A DNA stretch of 63,735 nucleotides, the filler included, from Bigelowiella natans CCMP2755 (taxonomy: Eukaryota > Protista > Cercozoa): NCBI GenBank assembly GCA_000320545.1. It is 8 parts of 8 records of this genome, joined end to end, with 100 filler letters (N's around TTAATTAATTAA, not from the genome) between each part and the next. Parts side by side here need not be neighbours in the genome. Positions count along the whole stretch, not along the records: positions 49,613 to 55,693 come from ADNK01001746.1; positions 55,794 to 57,630 come from ADNK01001178.1; positions 57,731 to 59,433 come from ADNK01000158.1; positions 59,534 to 63,735 come from ADNK01003256.1; 4 more parts are not named here. The stretch is one strand, 5' to 3'. A program made the translations under genes and the position numbers. The notes under the pieces were generated by a model. It was not told the origin of the DNA. It ran no database searches and worked only from the letters and a program-made list of their open reading frames with translations. Each line of letters begins with the position of its first letter. Position 1 is the stretch's first letter. Shown in pieces: positions 52,073 to 63,735 of the stretch.

Positions 52073-52834
52073 ATGGCTTCAGAGCAGCCATCATCCTCAC
52101 AGGTCTCAATAGAGAAATGTTTAGTGTTAATGCGTGTGAAAAGATGGTGGTGGTGTTTATGCCATCCCCTTGAGAGAAGAATGCAAATAAATCTATTCAG
52201 AAGGCGTCGTTTATGGAGACGGACCCAGTTCTTAACGAGGAGAAGAGGCAGGAGAAAGAATTCGTCAACCACGGTATGACGGGTCGTTCATAACGTTGCA
52301 GAAAAGTATAAAGCAACTGAGCTGGTTTTGTTCTTTAAGGCCGCGAACGATGGCACCGTATCAGAGCAGAATGGACGAAAAATAGCCAAGTTGATATGAA
52401 CACTGAAGAAACGCAGGTACGGGGAACTGAGTCTGTGATTTATACTCTAAATGAAATCTTCATTTTGAATTATATTAAAGTGACTGAAATCCAACTCTGC
52501 TGACATGCCATCATTAAACAGGACTTCAATGATATGGACGACGCCATAGATGATCTCATGAACGATGAGGAACTTGATGCTGAGCACGTCATCTACTGTC
52601 TTCGGTGAGAGGATTAGAACCAAGAAGGAAGGGCCATGGTTTTACCTCGTGTCTCTTCCTTATTCTAACACGTTCATTACTTGAGACTCTTGCTGACTGG
52701 TTGCTTGTTGTCGCCCTGCTACTTCCTACTTGCCGCCAACCCTCATTAGGCAATACATTCGCTTTCCGGACCCCATCTCGCTGAAAACTATAGTGAATTT
52801 GCTCAATATTCTTTGGGACGATGAGTTCGTTTGA
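52073..52834 (+). CDS. DUF4050 / Gag1-like clamp protein (5 exons)
   Basis: EFVNHG|RERWHRIRAEW and RFPDPISLKTIVNLLNILWDDEFV* match the family motifs FVNHGL..W...R..W and FP.PIPL..MV..L...W. Confidence 0.82.
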
Positions 52835-53169
52835 ACCATTCGATATAAAACGTTATGCAACAACGACTCAGATTTCAATGCTGTTGTTATTCAAGTAGTT
52901 AAAACATACAATAAAGTGCATCCGTAATTATGATGCTTTAACAAAAATGGAAGAGGACTACGATTAGCCTCCTTAAGTTGTTACGTCGCCCTGTCGCTTG
53001 AACTTGCTGAATTTTATGATGGTATAAGGGTTATATGTGCTAGTATACTCGAAGACAAGACCCAGGCTTGTCTGCTAAATACGACTAACAGTGTTCATCG
53101 CACACATCATGCTTAGGTATTGTATCTTACCGCAACGCTCGTAATACGTCATTATATGTACATTGTGGA

Positions 53170-53880
53170 TCTGCGCGCACTCAATCTAGTCAATGGTCTG
53201 GTGATTATTGTGCGCATCATGTATATATGTTATATACGCGCGCGTGTCGTTATCTAGTAGTTGTGCACATAGTCTAGCGTCAACAAGTAGTGCTAGCTCG
53301 GCATATTATGCGACACAGTTTAGCAGCAAACAGCTAAGGCCAGCGCACTATTTTTGTTTGCATGTGTCTCTGTGGTGTCAGACTGATCGAATGTCCCATT
53401 TATCTAGTTTTTCGCGGCATCTTAGATAATAATTTTGAAACTGATATAACAGGCAGACACGCATGGCTCGTTCGTGGTATGCTAGCTCTAGAGCTGGGCA
53501 GCTAGCACTGTAACTAGCTAGACTAGTAAGCAGTTAGGCCGCGATGTCAGAATTCGCTAGAAAACATGCCTGCACTTTGTGCCCATCTAGCCATTCAAGC
53601 ACGTAAGTCAGCACTTCTAGACTTGCATTGTGTAGTTTGTTCGCCTTGCATCACAAGCATCGCAAGCTCAAGGCAACGAATTGATGTGCACACAATCGCA
53701 ATGTCGCACACACGCTACACGCGGTGCTGCGACACGTACTCTAGTGCTGCTCACGCATGCTAGCATGGCACATATCCGCTGCACTCATATATATATCACG
53801 CAATAACATGATGAAGTTGAAAACCTAGCTGATAGATGTGTACATGTATGCGTGTATACATACATACACATAACTAGATA
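53170..53880. repeat. CTAG/GCATGC palindrome-rich intergenic island 4
   Basis: GCTAGCTCTAGAGC, ACTAGCTAGACTAGT, GCATGCTAGCATG; between the stops at 52834(+) and 54037(-). Confidence 0.78.
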
Positions 53881-54036
53881 AATACACACATTACACACAC
53901 TCACACACACACACACTCATACATCTCTTAACAAAAGTTGGAGGCTTATTATTTAATGGCTACGTACATTTCAGTAGAGATTATAGAACATAAGCTCCCT
54001 CCCCCATCACTGCAGTGATAATGATGCATGCTGTCG

Positions 54037-54519
54037 TCATCTAACCCCGTTCGCATCTGCTGGGGCAAGGCCACTCACATCATCAACATGCTGAGTCGGC
54101 AGCAGCGGCTGCTGTGTTGTTTCATCGTTGCGACTCCCCGTGCTCCTTCTGCGGCCGACTGATTGATACATTCCCTCCCCAGAGACCTCTATTAGTTCTC
54201 CTTCCTTCTCCGCGACAGCTGCTGCTGCTGCCGCCGATGCATTGGCGTTGGTTATTGCCCAAGAGTACCAAAGTCCACCTGTATACAGATAACGGTGAGG
54301 CGGCCTGTGCTCGATGTAGCAGGGTGAAACAAACGCATGACGTTGAAATAAGTGGGTTGGCTAAAGCAAAATGCACGTAAGAAACGCTGTGCTTTCTACA
54401 GTGAGAGGGTTAATCGTTTTGGTGGTGCGTGCGTTGGTGCTGCTGCTGCAATTGGGTCATCGTCACCAAGTAGAGTCATAATGCAAGCTAAGGCGGAGTA
54501 ACTGTTGTATCTGAGAGTG

Positions 54520-54560
<41 letters not shown>

Positions 54561-55484
54561 TAATATTTATATGCGTGCGTGCGTGTGCGTGTATGTATGT
54601 AAGTGTGTGTTTGTCCGTGTGTGTGTGTGTGTGTTTGCGCGCGCACGCGTGCAAACGCGTATATCCTCAGAATTGAGAAGCTGCACGTTTGCGAAATGAT
54701 CGTGTGTTTTTCAAAAAAGAGCAAGGCAGCGGAGTCCTGCAACATAGCTGCTGCATTGAAGCACATCGCCATCATCCGTTCTCTCGCCGCCGCAAATCGT
54801 TGAAGGGGCGGCTATGCAGCTATCATGGCTCAGGGAACGCACTTCTCATTGAGGACTAGCAAACCGAAAAGCACCACAGCGGCCTTGCATATACTTCCGA
54901 TGATATGAAAGGATGTGGCCGACACGACGCGCTGGCACCTAACAACGATGTTTCGGCGAGAAAGAGTAAGGCAGAGGAAGAGAGCTGAGTTGCACAGGTG
55001 CAGCGCCAGCGCGCAGGGGAAGGATGGCGGTGATACAGGGGATGGCAATTATTGCAAAATTTAAGTAAAAACCAGGGATTAAAAAAAAAAGAACCAACAT
55101 CGAAAGTAGTAGCCGACAGAGATCTCCACGAGGATTTCTCCCTTTTGATGTTCCCATACACTCGTATCGTTCAAAATACCCCCCCCCCCCCCCCCTTCCC
55201 CCCCCTTCTACTACTTACTTGAGGGATAGATAACCAATTGCGTAGGTCAGGAAGCAAGACAATACGATAAATATCCAGTCACGGTCTCTGTGCATAGCGG
55301 AACAAATGGCATGGTCATTAGGTTCTTCTTCGTGGAGGATCGATTGATTTTGCTTTTAAAAAAACACCAGATATCAACTCATGATGTTAAGGCCACCGCC
55401 TACCTTAGGTTATCCAGCATCGTTGTGAATCCACGGTACTCCCCGAACGGAAAGGCAAAGACAACGACACCTGAAGAAAAATAC

Positions 55485-55553
<69 letters not shown>

Positions 55554-55650
55554 TCTGTGATGTGCGTGTTTGTTTTTTATGTTGTTTTATGTGATTTCGT
55601 AATAGACATCAAACTCGGAATAGCGGCTAAAGTGATGGGGCTACACAGAG
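54037..55650 (-). CDS. Nucleotide-sugar/TPT-family (SLC35) transporter, 3' part
   Basis: DWIFIVLSCFLTYAIGYLSLK, CQRVVSATSFHIIGSICKAAVVLFGLLVLNEK, ALACIMTLLG|GGLWYSW: typical last TM helices of SLC35 transporters. Confidence 0.8.
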
Positions 55651-56011
55651 ATCTCTCTCTCTCTCTCTCTCTCGCTCTCTCTGCTTCTCTCTCNNNNNNN
55701 NNNNNNNNNNNNNNNNNNNNNNNNNNNNNNNNNNNNNTTAATTAATTAANNNNNNNNNNNNNNNNNNNNNNNNNNNNNNNNNNNNNNNNNNNNGGATTAT
55801 ATTTAAAAACTCCCCCAAAGCGGCGTCACCCAAGTAAAAGCCCCGTTTTCCCCTTCCCATTGCCTCCTGTCTAGATCCTTCACAAATTTTCCCCTTTGTT
55901 AATTAAAAAAAGTTTCCTTCCCCCCCCCCCCCCCCCCCCCCCCTGTCATTATTGGCAGCGCGGTATTGCTTATTTGCTGATTCTATACGTGGATTGTGGT
56001 TTTCTTCGATA

Positions 56012-56445
56012 GGCTGTGATGCCGGAAGACGAGATGTACAAAAGTTGGAGACTCACCACAACGCAACACAACACACGACACAACACGACACAAACACACA
56101 GTGCACAACACAAACTACACATGGGCCCACTCAAACGACGCCAACATATACGAATACACGCAGACTTCGCCTTCTTCTCCCCAACGAGTGATGAGTAGTT
56201 TTTGGGTTGTCTTTAATCCCTCGAGTCGGGCAGTAAATCGTCTTCTCACGCTCACCATTAGGCTACTGGAACAACCTCGCAACGTTTCTCTCTTCCGAGG
56301 CCTCTCGTGGCGTGACGGTGCGGGGCTGGTTGATGATCCTTATGCTGCTGCTACCGCTGCTACTGTTGTTGTTGTTATCGTTGATGATGATGATGATGAT
56401 GATGTCAATGGCAAAATACAGAATGTAAGAATTCAAATTTATGAG

Positions 56446-56491
<46 letters not shown>

Positions 56492-57194
56492 GCGCGCGCA
56501 CACACACACACGCACGCACTGTTTGCATTACTATTACGTTTGTTGTTGTTGTTGTTGTAGATATATCCACCGCAGCACGAGGTCTTTCGGTCTCTGCAGC
56601 TGTGCCATGCTTCCGACGTGAAGGTTGTCATCTTAGGCCAGGATCCTTATCACGGTAAACACGAACGATGATGATGAGGATGATGACGATGATAAATAAT
56701 GACGATGATAAATGATGACGATGATGAATGATGACGATGATAAATGATGATGATGATGATGATGATGATGACGATAAGGACGACGATGGTGATAAATGAT
56801 TGTAACTCAAGTGAGTCTTAAGTCGAGCCTCTGACCACAAAACGATTGCTCGCTCACACCGTCGTTAATAAGCATGAAAGCTTGGAGAAGCAGTAATTTT
56901 ATAAATAGCAAAATGGTTTCTGTTTATTATCGTTATCATCATCATCATCTTGATCATCACATTTACCATCATCGTCGTCATCGTCAAGGTGCCGGTCAGG
57001 CTGAAGGACTGTCATTCTCAGTGAAACGAGGCGTTCCCTTGCCTTCCTCCCTCAGAAATATCTTCAAAGTAGACCGCACACGGAGTATTAGCAGACTACG
57101 CACATTGCAACTTAGCGGCATATACAGCAAGCACACGCACACACACGCACACACACAATCACTCATCATTATGTTTAAATATAATACATATATT

Positions 57195-57231
<37 letters not shown>

Positions 57232-57513
57232 TAATATATATATATTATATATGTATTTATATGTATATATTGTACAATGTTATGTTTATAGCATTGCTTC
57301 AATGTAAATCACATAGAACGGTGCTTCGTTCAGGAGATTTTCTCAGGAAATAATAGTTTTCTTTCTTTGGTCTTGTTTTCCTCTTCTCCTCCGTCCCCCC
57401 CTTCCCTCCCCCCTCAACCCGCCTCCTTCCTTCTCCAGGAGCTCGCAACTGATATTCCTAGCTTCGGGTTCTATCGAGAGCAAGGGAGCTTAGTGCCATG
57501 GGCAGAGCAAGGG
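56012..57513 (+). CDS. UNG: Uracil-DNA glycosylase family 1, partial
   Basis: [32 protein letters not shown]|[26 protein letters not shown]|ELATDI...[10 protein letters not shown]. Confidence 0.95.
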
Positions 57514-57598
57514 GTTAGTAAGTCAGGGCATGCGTATGTGCGTGTGTGGGGGGGGGGGGGGGATATATATCCATATTTATATGTTCTTGTTATTGTGT

Positions 57599-57630
<32 letters not shown>

Positions 57631-57927
57631 NNNNNNNNNNNNNNNNNNNNNNNNNNNNNNNNNNNNNNNNNNNNTTAATTAATTAANNNNNNNNNNNNNN
57701 NNNNNNNNNNNNNNNNNNNNNNNNNNNNNNCCCCCCCCGTTTTTTTCACATCCTCATCTTTCAAGTGGTTGTTTGCGAACCTACGGTAATGCGCGCAATG
57801 GGTGACAATGATGATGATGATGATGATGATGATGATCACAATGATGAAAATGAGAGAGGTTGTTTGTGATAATAGCGACGACGAGGACGACAACGCCCAC
57901 GACGATTTCCGATCACGAGGGGGATTG

Positions 57928-57980
<53 letters not shown>

Positions 57981-59533
57981 ATTTTTAATACGTATTTATA
58001 TTGCGTCTTGTTGCTTCTTCTTCTCCTCCTACTTCTTCTTTTGCTGCTGCTTCTCCCTCGTGATCGCAGCTGGTTTCTGTTGCGTTCATTTCGAACTTCC
58101 CTTGCTCCTTCCCCTCCCCCCCCCCCCCTCAATGCGCCGGCATCCTCTCGTCTCCATCAACCACCGATGTGCAAAGAACCTGGCAGCCGCACGCTGGTGG
58201 TGGTGCTTCTCCTTGCTTCGGCGTTGAGCTCCATCGTGGTTGACATTTACCCGGGCGGTGGAAGTTGCTGCCTCATCATCATCAGTGAGAAGGCGGAACT
58301 CCACATCTGCGTACCTGTGTTTTCATATGCATGCGTATATATATATATATATATATATATGTATGCATATGTGTATATTTTCGAATCATCGTCGAAATTT
58401 ACTCTCTTATTTCCCTCATGCCCCTCAGTGCTCCGATCAACTGCCTCCGTGCGAGTCTTTGAACCAGAATCTGGAGAGTAGGAACGAGATCACACAAAAA
58501 CACAGCTGACTACTGGTGGTGATATTAATGATTACGATGATGATAATGATGATGATGATGATGATGATGATGATAACCATGATATAACCATGATACATCT
58601 ATGATGAGAGAAAGCCCCCCCACCCCCGTTATCACCATCCGTCATTGCGACAGCATCAAGAAGAACAGCGTCTTCATCATCATCATCATCATCATCTTCT
58701 TCTTCTTTTTCTTCGTATTCGTAGTCGTGTACCGGGTGGGATGAGTTGAGAGGTTCCCATGCTGACGATGGCGACGGAGGGGAGGAGAGAGCTGCCGAAG
58801 GACACACATCCATCCACCATCTGCCAGTTACAAACGAGGAGGAGGAGGAGGAGGAGGAGGAGGAGCGGCACCATTGAGAGCAACAACGACGACAAACAAC
58901 AACAACAACAACAACAACAAAAGAGACAGGCAGAATAGATCGCAACAATCAAAATGGGCGCACATTTTCATAATACAACCAACAGGAGCAGGAAACACCC
59001 AGCCAGGGGGGAAGGGGGGGGGGGGGGGGGGGGGGGAAAGGAACCCTCGGAAATAAACCCCGGCCCCCCTTGGGGTCCTGAAAGCCCCCCCCCCTCCCCC
59101 CCCCAGGGTCTTGGGGGGGTTTGTAAAAAAAAGAAATTCCTTTCGAATCCCAGCTAATATTTTCCCCCTGGTTTATTGGGCCCTTGCCCTAAAAGGGTGT
59201 TCTTGGCCGTCAAATTGCCCGTTCCTTTGGTAGGTGCTCCAAGAGGAGAGGGGGGGAAAAATCAACCTGTTGGACTGGGGAAAATGGAGCCCACTCTACC
59301 ATCTCGTCCTGTGTCGCGAGGTATGCTCCAGTCTCTCTTTCCTCCCCTGCAGCGAAATAAAAACTTGAAAACTACGAGTATTTAACAAGAGTTTTTAGTA
59401 GTCTGTTGAAAAAAAAGAGGTGTGGTTTGATTGNNNNNNNNNNNNNNNNNNNNNNNNNNNNNNNNNNNNNNNNNNNNTTAATTAATTAANNNNNNNNNNN
59501 NNNNNNNNNNNNNNNNNNNNNNNNNNNNNNNNN

Positions 59534-59567
<34 letters not shown>

Positions 59568-59710
59568 CATGTATATGTATGTGCAAGAGTAAATATATTT
59601 TTGGCCTCTTCGCAGGAAGGTCAAGAGGGCGAGAGAAAGGATGCTGCTGCCAACAATAATAATAGTATTTATCACAGAAGATTCTAATCATGGGGAACAA
59701 ATATATATAA

Positions 59711-59760
<50 letters not shown>

Positions 59761-59807
59761 TTGTATATGTATTCGCGCTCTCGCGAGCATGTACTGTAAT
59801 TCCCAGG

Positions 59808-60211
59808 TTGCAGCATTTTGCACCATCAGACCCGCTGCTGTCATCGTAATTCTTTCATCCTTTCCGCAGTGGCTGCAGAAGCCCGGAGCGTACCTGAACA
59901 CGTTCAACGCCTATCGTGGGACACAACCTGATTCCTTTGGCACCAACGCCTGGCTTGCGGTGCGGCTGCTATATATACATGTTTCATGTTCCAGCACCAA
60001 CGCCTGGCTTGCGGTGCGGCTGCTATATATACATGTTTCATGTTCGAGCATACATGCTGAATGCCTTCCTCGGCCTATTGCTGGTGTAATCGTCGTTGTC
60101 GTCATGTTTTCTCAAACACAACAGCTCCGATGGAAGAAGGGCAAGCAGTACCAGATATCGAAGAAGCGTTTCAAGAAGGGCGGTGGCTTCGTTATGTGCG
60201 TACCCGCTTAA
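59808..60211 (+). CDS. Last exons of an unidentified gene
   Basis: Exon ...PQWLQKPGAYLNTFNAYRGTQPDSFGTNAWLA splices GT-AG in frame to LRWKKGKQYQISKKRFKKGGGFVMCVPA*. Confidence 0.55.
59940..60045 (+). repeat. 54-bp-period tandem duplication spanning a splice donor
   Basis: gcaccaacgcctggcttgcg|gtgcggctgctatatatacatgtttcatgttc occurs at 59940 and 59994. Confidence 0.9.
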
Positions 60212-60469
60212 ATTATGGAATCCTGCCTTGCGCTCACACAGTGTGGTGAAATGCTGCTGCTGCTCTCCTACATGTTGTGGGTTCTGATAAGATATGTTGT
60301 TGCGCATTTGTTGTTCTTGTACTGTTTGTTAGCGGCGGGAGAATCAGCACAGAAGTAAGGTCGATACCGCTGAATCTAGGGCCGATTGCAGAGTAGTAAG
60401 AACGGCCGGGTTGTAATATATGCAATGACTGTTGACAACCAAAAAGAAAGATGAGTAATGTGATTATAA

Positions 60470-61010
60470 TGCAAAGACGCGTGTGCATGCATGTTCGTAG
60501 TATATTGCTATGTACGACGCTGCCTAGGAGTCCTTTCAGATATATTCGCTCAAGAATTCCATCAGACAAGTGCATGTTCACAAAAGCGCCCGCCATGCAT
60601 GCAAGCGCAGCACAGTATCATCTATGCACATTTCAGCACTGACCTAGCTAGTGCTGTGTTAGTACGTAGCGCTGCTGCTGCACATGCACGTCTACTAGCT
60701 ATGTACATGTTCATGTCGCATATGTGACGTACACGCGCGTGCATGTGAGACGGAGGTAATAATATAAGTACATTAAATTTTGAAATCATTGTCCATCGCT
60801 AATCTACATCTAGAGTGTATACCTGCTAGCCTGTGCAACGCTGCGGGACGTGCTTACATGCGTGTGTGGCTCCGCTATCTAGCTATGTCAGATGTGGGCG
60901 TGGCATGCATGTGGCCGAAAAGCACAAGCCGTCTGTGCGTGCTTGCGCGAGATGTGGGCCTAGCGCACCAACCCAGCTATCTCCCAGTAGCGTCATGCTG
61001 AGCTCAAGGT
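60470..61010. repeat. CTAG/GCATGC palindrome-rich intergenic island 5
   Basis: CCTAGCTAGT, GCATGCATG, ACGTACACGCGCGTGCATG, TCTAGCTATG; between a + gene end (60211) and a - gene end (about 61100-61400). Confidence 0.72.
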
Positions 61011-61396
61011 ATTCGTTATTCTACTAATGTACAAAGTCGTGATGTACAAGTGCAAATATATCGGCGGGGGTGCGCTTGTGGACTCCTCACCAGCTCTCAT
61101 GAGCATACCGAGATACCGCCTTAAATCTCAAGAGCAAGATGAGATATTAATGGAATCCATTCTCCGCGAGCACGACAGATGAAGAAGCGAGCCGTCGAAA
61201 CTACTACTACTACTACACGGCTACGACCTGCCGCTCCTCCATCACGATGAAGCCGCCGCCCAGCTGCATTCCTCCTCTCTCTTAAGCAAGTGCACAGTGG
61301 GCGCTACATAGCTAAAGCGCCCCCCCATCTCCTAGTATATACAGCCAGCATCAATCAGCACGTCGGGATGCTGCTGTCCGCAAGCCCCGCTTCCTC

Positions 61397-62528
61397 CTAT
61401 ACATCTTCCAGCTCGCAGGCCCAGTCTAGGTCCTCCACGGTCGGCTTGCGCGAGAGGCGCGGCGGCGTCGAGCAGTGCGTGAGCGACGCTCCGGACAACT
61501 GGAGCGACGCGGCCGACGCCAGGCTTCCTGCATCCGGAGCGGTGTCGGGCAGCTGCTTGAAGTCGAGGATACTTCTGCTGTGATTGTTGTTGTTGTTGTT
61601 GCTGTTGTTGTTGTTGTTGTTGTTGTTGGGGTTGCTGCTGTTCCGAGGCGATTCCGCGGCGGCTGCTTCTCCACCCGCGCGTTGATGCTCCGCGCTGCTG
61701 CCGCTGCTGCTGGTGCTGCGGTCCAGCCAACCGCCAACCCCCTTCCTGTTCGAAAGCCTCACCGGCGTCCCTTTCAGTGACATCGTCGCTCTGGGGGTTG
61801 CTGACGCTACTACTGTTCTCTTTGCCGTGAGAGTAGAGCACGTCCTCCGCTTGCTGCTGCTGCTGCTGCTAGGCCGCTGGAAGAGCCCATTCGTGACTTG
61901 CACCGACGGTGATAGCGCTAACACGGATGCGGACGCTGGGGCGCGTGCGTGCCAAGCCGTACGTCCGGACCTGCCCCCGGCAGCAGCAGCAGCAGCAGCA
62001 CAGACTACTCCTTTGTTGTGTTTCAGAGAGGAAGAAGCCGCTGCTGCGGAGTCGCCCCCCCCGTCGAGAGGGGAGTCAAACAGGGAAGCTGCCGTTGTGC
62101 AGCGGTCACGGTCCCTAGCATCAGCACTGCCACTTCTGTGAAAGCTGCTACTGCGTGGGCGGTATTGATTTACTACTGTGAGTTTTAGCTGTTGTTCCTG
62201 CTCGGCATGCCCCCCCCCCCGAACGACGATATTCGTCGTACTGTTGCTTCTGGTAGTGCGGTGCCGAGCCTTAGCCTTTTGCGACTGCTGCTTCTTCGTC
62301 TTCTTCGCTCTGATACGATTTGGAGTGGTGGAGCTGCTGCTGCTGCTGCTGCGTCTACCCCGTTGTTGTGATTGTTGTTGTTGTTGTTGTTCTTCCTCTT
62401 TTTCTCCTTTCTCGGCTTCCTCGGAGAAGTCTTGGAAGAAGGTTGCATCGTAGACCTGCACCGATCGTGTGATTTGTTGTCATATCGTTTTCGATTCTTA
62501 ATAGTAATAGTATAATGGTAGCAGCAGG

Positions 62529-62561
<33 letters not shown>

Positions 62562-63110
62562 GGCAATAGCAGCACAGAAAGGAATAGTCGGGGGAAAAAA
62601 AAAGAGGAGACCCGCCTCCACACGCACGCATGTACGCACATTCTACATAGGAGCCACGCGCAAGATACAACAAAACAGCAGCCGGCAAGGGCAAGATACG
62701 TACTTTAATCCTGTTGTTCACAGAGTAGTACCCACCGCCACCACCGCCATTCACGCCCTGGGAGGCAGCAACGCCAACATGGTTGTTCCACGCTACATTC
62801 TTCTTTTTCGTCTTTCTTTTCTCCACATCGACGACTGAGAGCCTCATCCTGCTGCTGTTGTTAGTAGCTCTTCTCGCGGACGCTGGCCGGGCGGTAAATG
62901 GGTTGCGCCCCCCCCCAACCCCCCTTTCTCCTCCTCCTCCTCCTCCTCCTCCTTTCTTGGCGCGCGGTGTGCTGAAGCCGCTGGCGAAGGGAGGGATTGC
63001 TTTGGCTGCTCTTCGGAGCTGCAGGACCGGAGATTTGTTGTTGTGGTAGTAGCCGCCATCGCTCTTCTTCGCTTTGTGCGTGCTCGTCGTCGGCCCACCA
63101 TGTAGTTTGC
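61397..63110 (-). CDS. Low-complexity, probably disordered protein (Ser/Gln/Asn/Ala runs), 3' part
   Basis: Long open exons 61397-62461 and about 62700-63110 with GT-AG borders; no domain recognised. Confidence 0.5.
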
Positions 63111-63304
63111 CGTCTGAATGAATGAATGAATGAACGGCAGGAAGAAGACAGAAATGGGCAGGATTCGAGTATGAAAAGACATAAAACCCCCTGCTTTGCT
63201 TCTTTTTGAAGGCTAATTTATTAGTGCTATCACCCCCCCCCCTCGAACCAAAGAAATCCTTGCGGTAAAAACAATTCAAATGAGCTGCCTAGATTACTCA
63301 ACTC

Positions 63305-63347
<43 letters not shown>

Positions 63348-63735
63348 CCCCCCCCCCTCCCCCTTAACCAAGCTTCCGTCAGCACCTTCGTAGCCAAAAT
63401 CGCCATCGCCATCCTTCTCTGCCGCTACTAGACCGCGTGGGTTTATGAACTTCCAGCTCCCTTTCCCCACCCGGAGCGCGTCCTTTCCCCCTGGAAAAAG
63501 GGGATATAATGACGGCAAATCTTTAGTAAAAAATATTAAGGGTTCGCTTAGGGTCTGTCATGTACTCACCTCTGTGCCTTATAAGGGCTTTCTTGGTGCC
63601 CCTTCCCCCTCTCCCCTCCCCGCTTCTTCTGTCCTTGCGCTCCGACTGCCCCCTCAAGAATGTAGCGGGAGGGGGCTGCTTCTTCCTTCCCGCGGAAGGA
63701 GAAGAAAGGGCGTGGGACGCCGGCATTGAAACCTG

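Noticed and set aside
56447-56520. (CA)n(CG)n(CA)n Z-DNA-prone tract (similar at 50945-51006)
   Set aside because: Consistent with ordinary compound microsatellite evolution in these introns
58990-59433. Odd G/C- and A-run-rich sequence at contig ends (also 49613-49780, 55794-55945)
   Set aside because: Looks like low-quality base calls after poly-G tracts
59534-60211. Possible continuation of UNG on a later contig
   Set aside because: No VLLLN, LWG or HPSPLS motifs, and the contigs are artificially concatenated
1-63735. CRISPR arrays, tRNA/rRNA genes, transposase or reverse-transcriptase ORFs
   Set aside because: None recognisable by eye; covariance-model and HMM searches could not be run

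Overview
Eukaryotic nuclear DNA, intron-rich and dense in microsatellites. It is made of 8 contigs joined by identical artificial 100-bp spacers (44 N + TTAATTAATTAA + 44 N), so adjacency across gaps is not biological. The gene set suggests an alga with a secondary plastid, possibly a chlorarachniophyte (inference only). I spliced the genes by hand; most of the six-frame ORF track is microsatellite noise. Recognisable genes: a GRK-type RGS+kinase, a signal-peptide-bearing RseP/ARASP M50 protease, a coiled-coil protein, Exo84, a 2-TM SH2-like protein, a polycystin-1-like REJ/GPS receptor ending in PDZ, DPH5, IMPase, DUF4050, a nucleotide-sugar transporter and UNG. There is also a divergent plastid petB-petD fragment. 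The most striking unexplained structure is architectural. Within each contig the genes alternate strand. Divergent junctions are short and microsatellite-free. Each of five convergent (tail-to-tail) junctions holds a 0.5-1 kb island of short palindromes (GCTAGCTAGC, GCATGC, TGCA, ACGCGT) that is poor in homopolymer runs.
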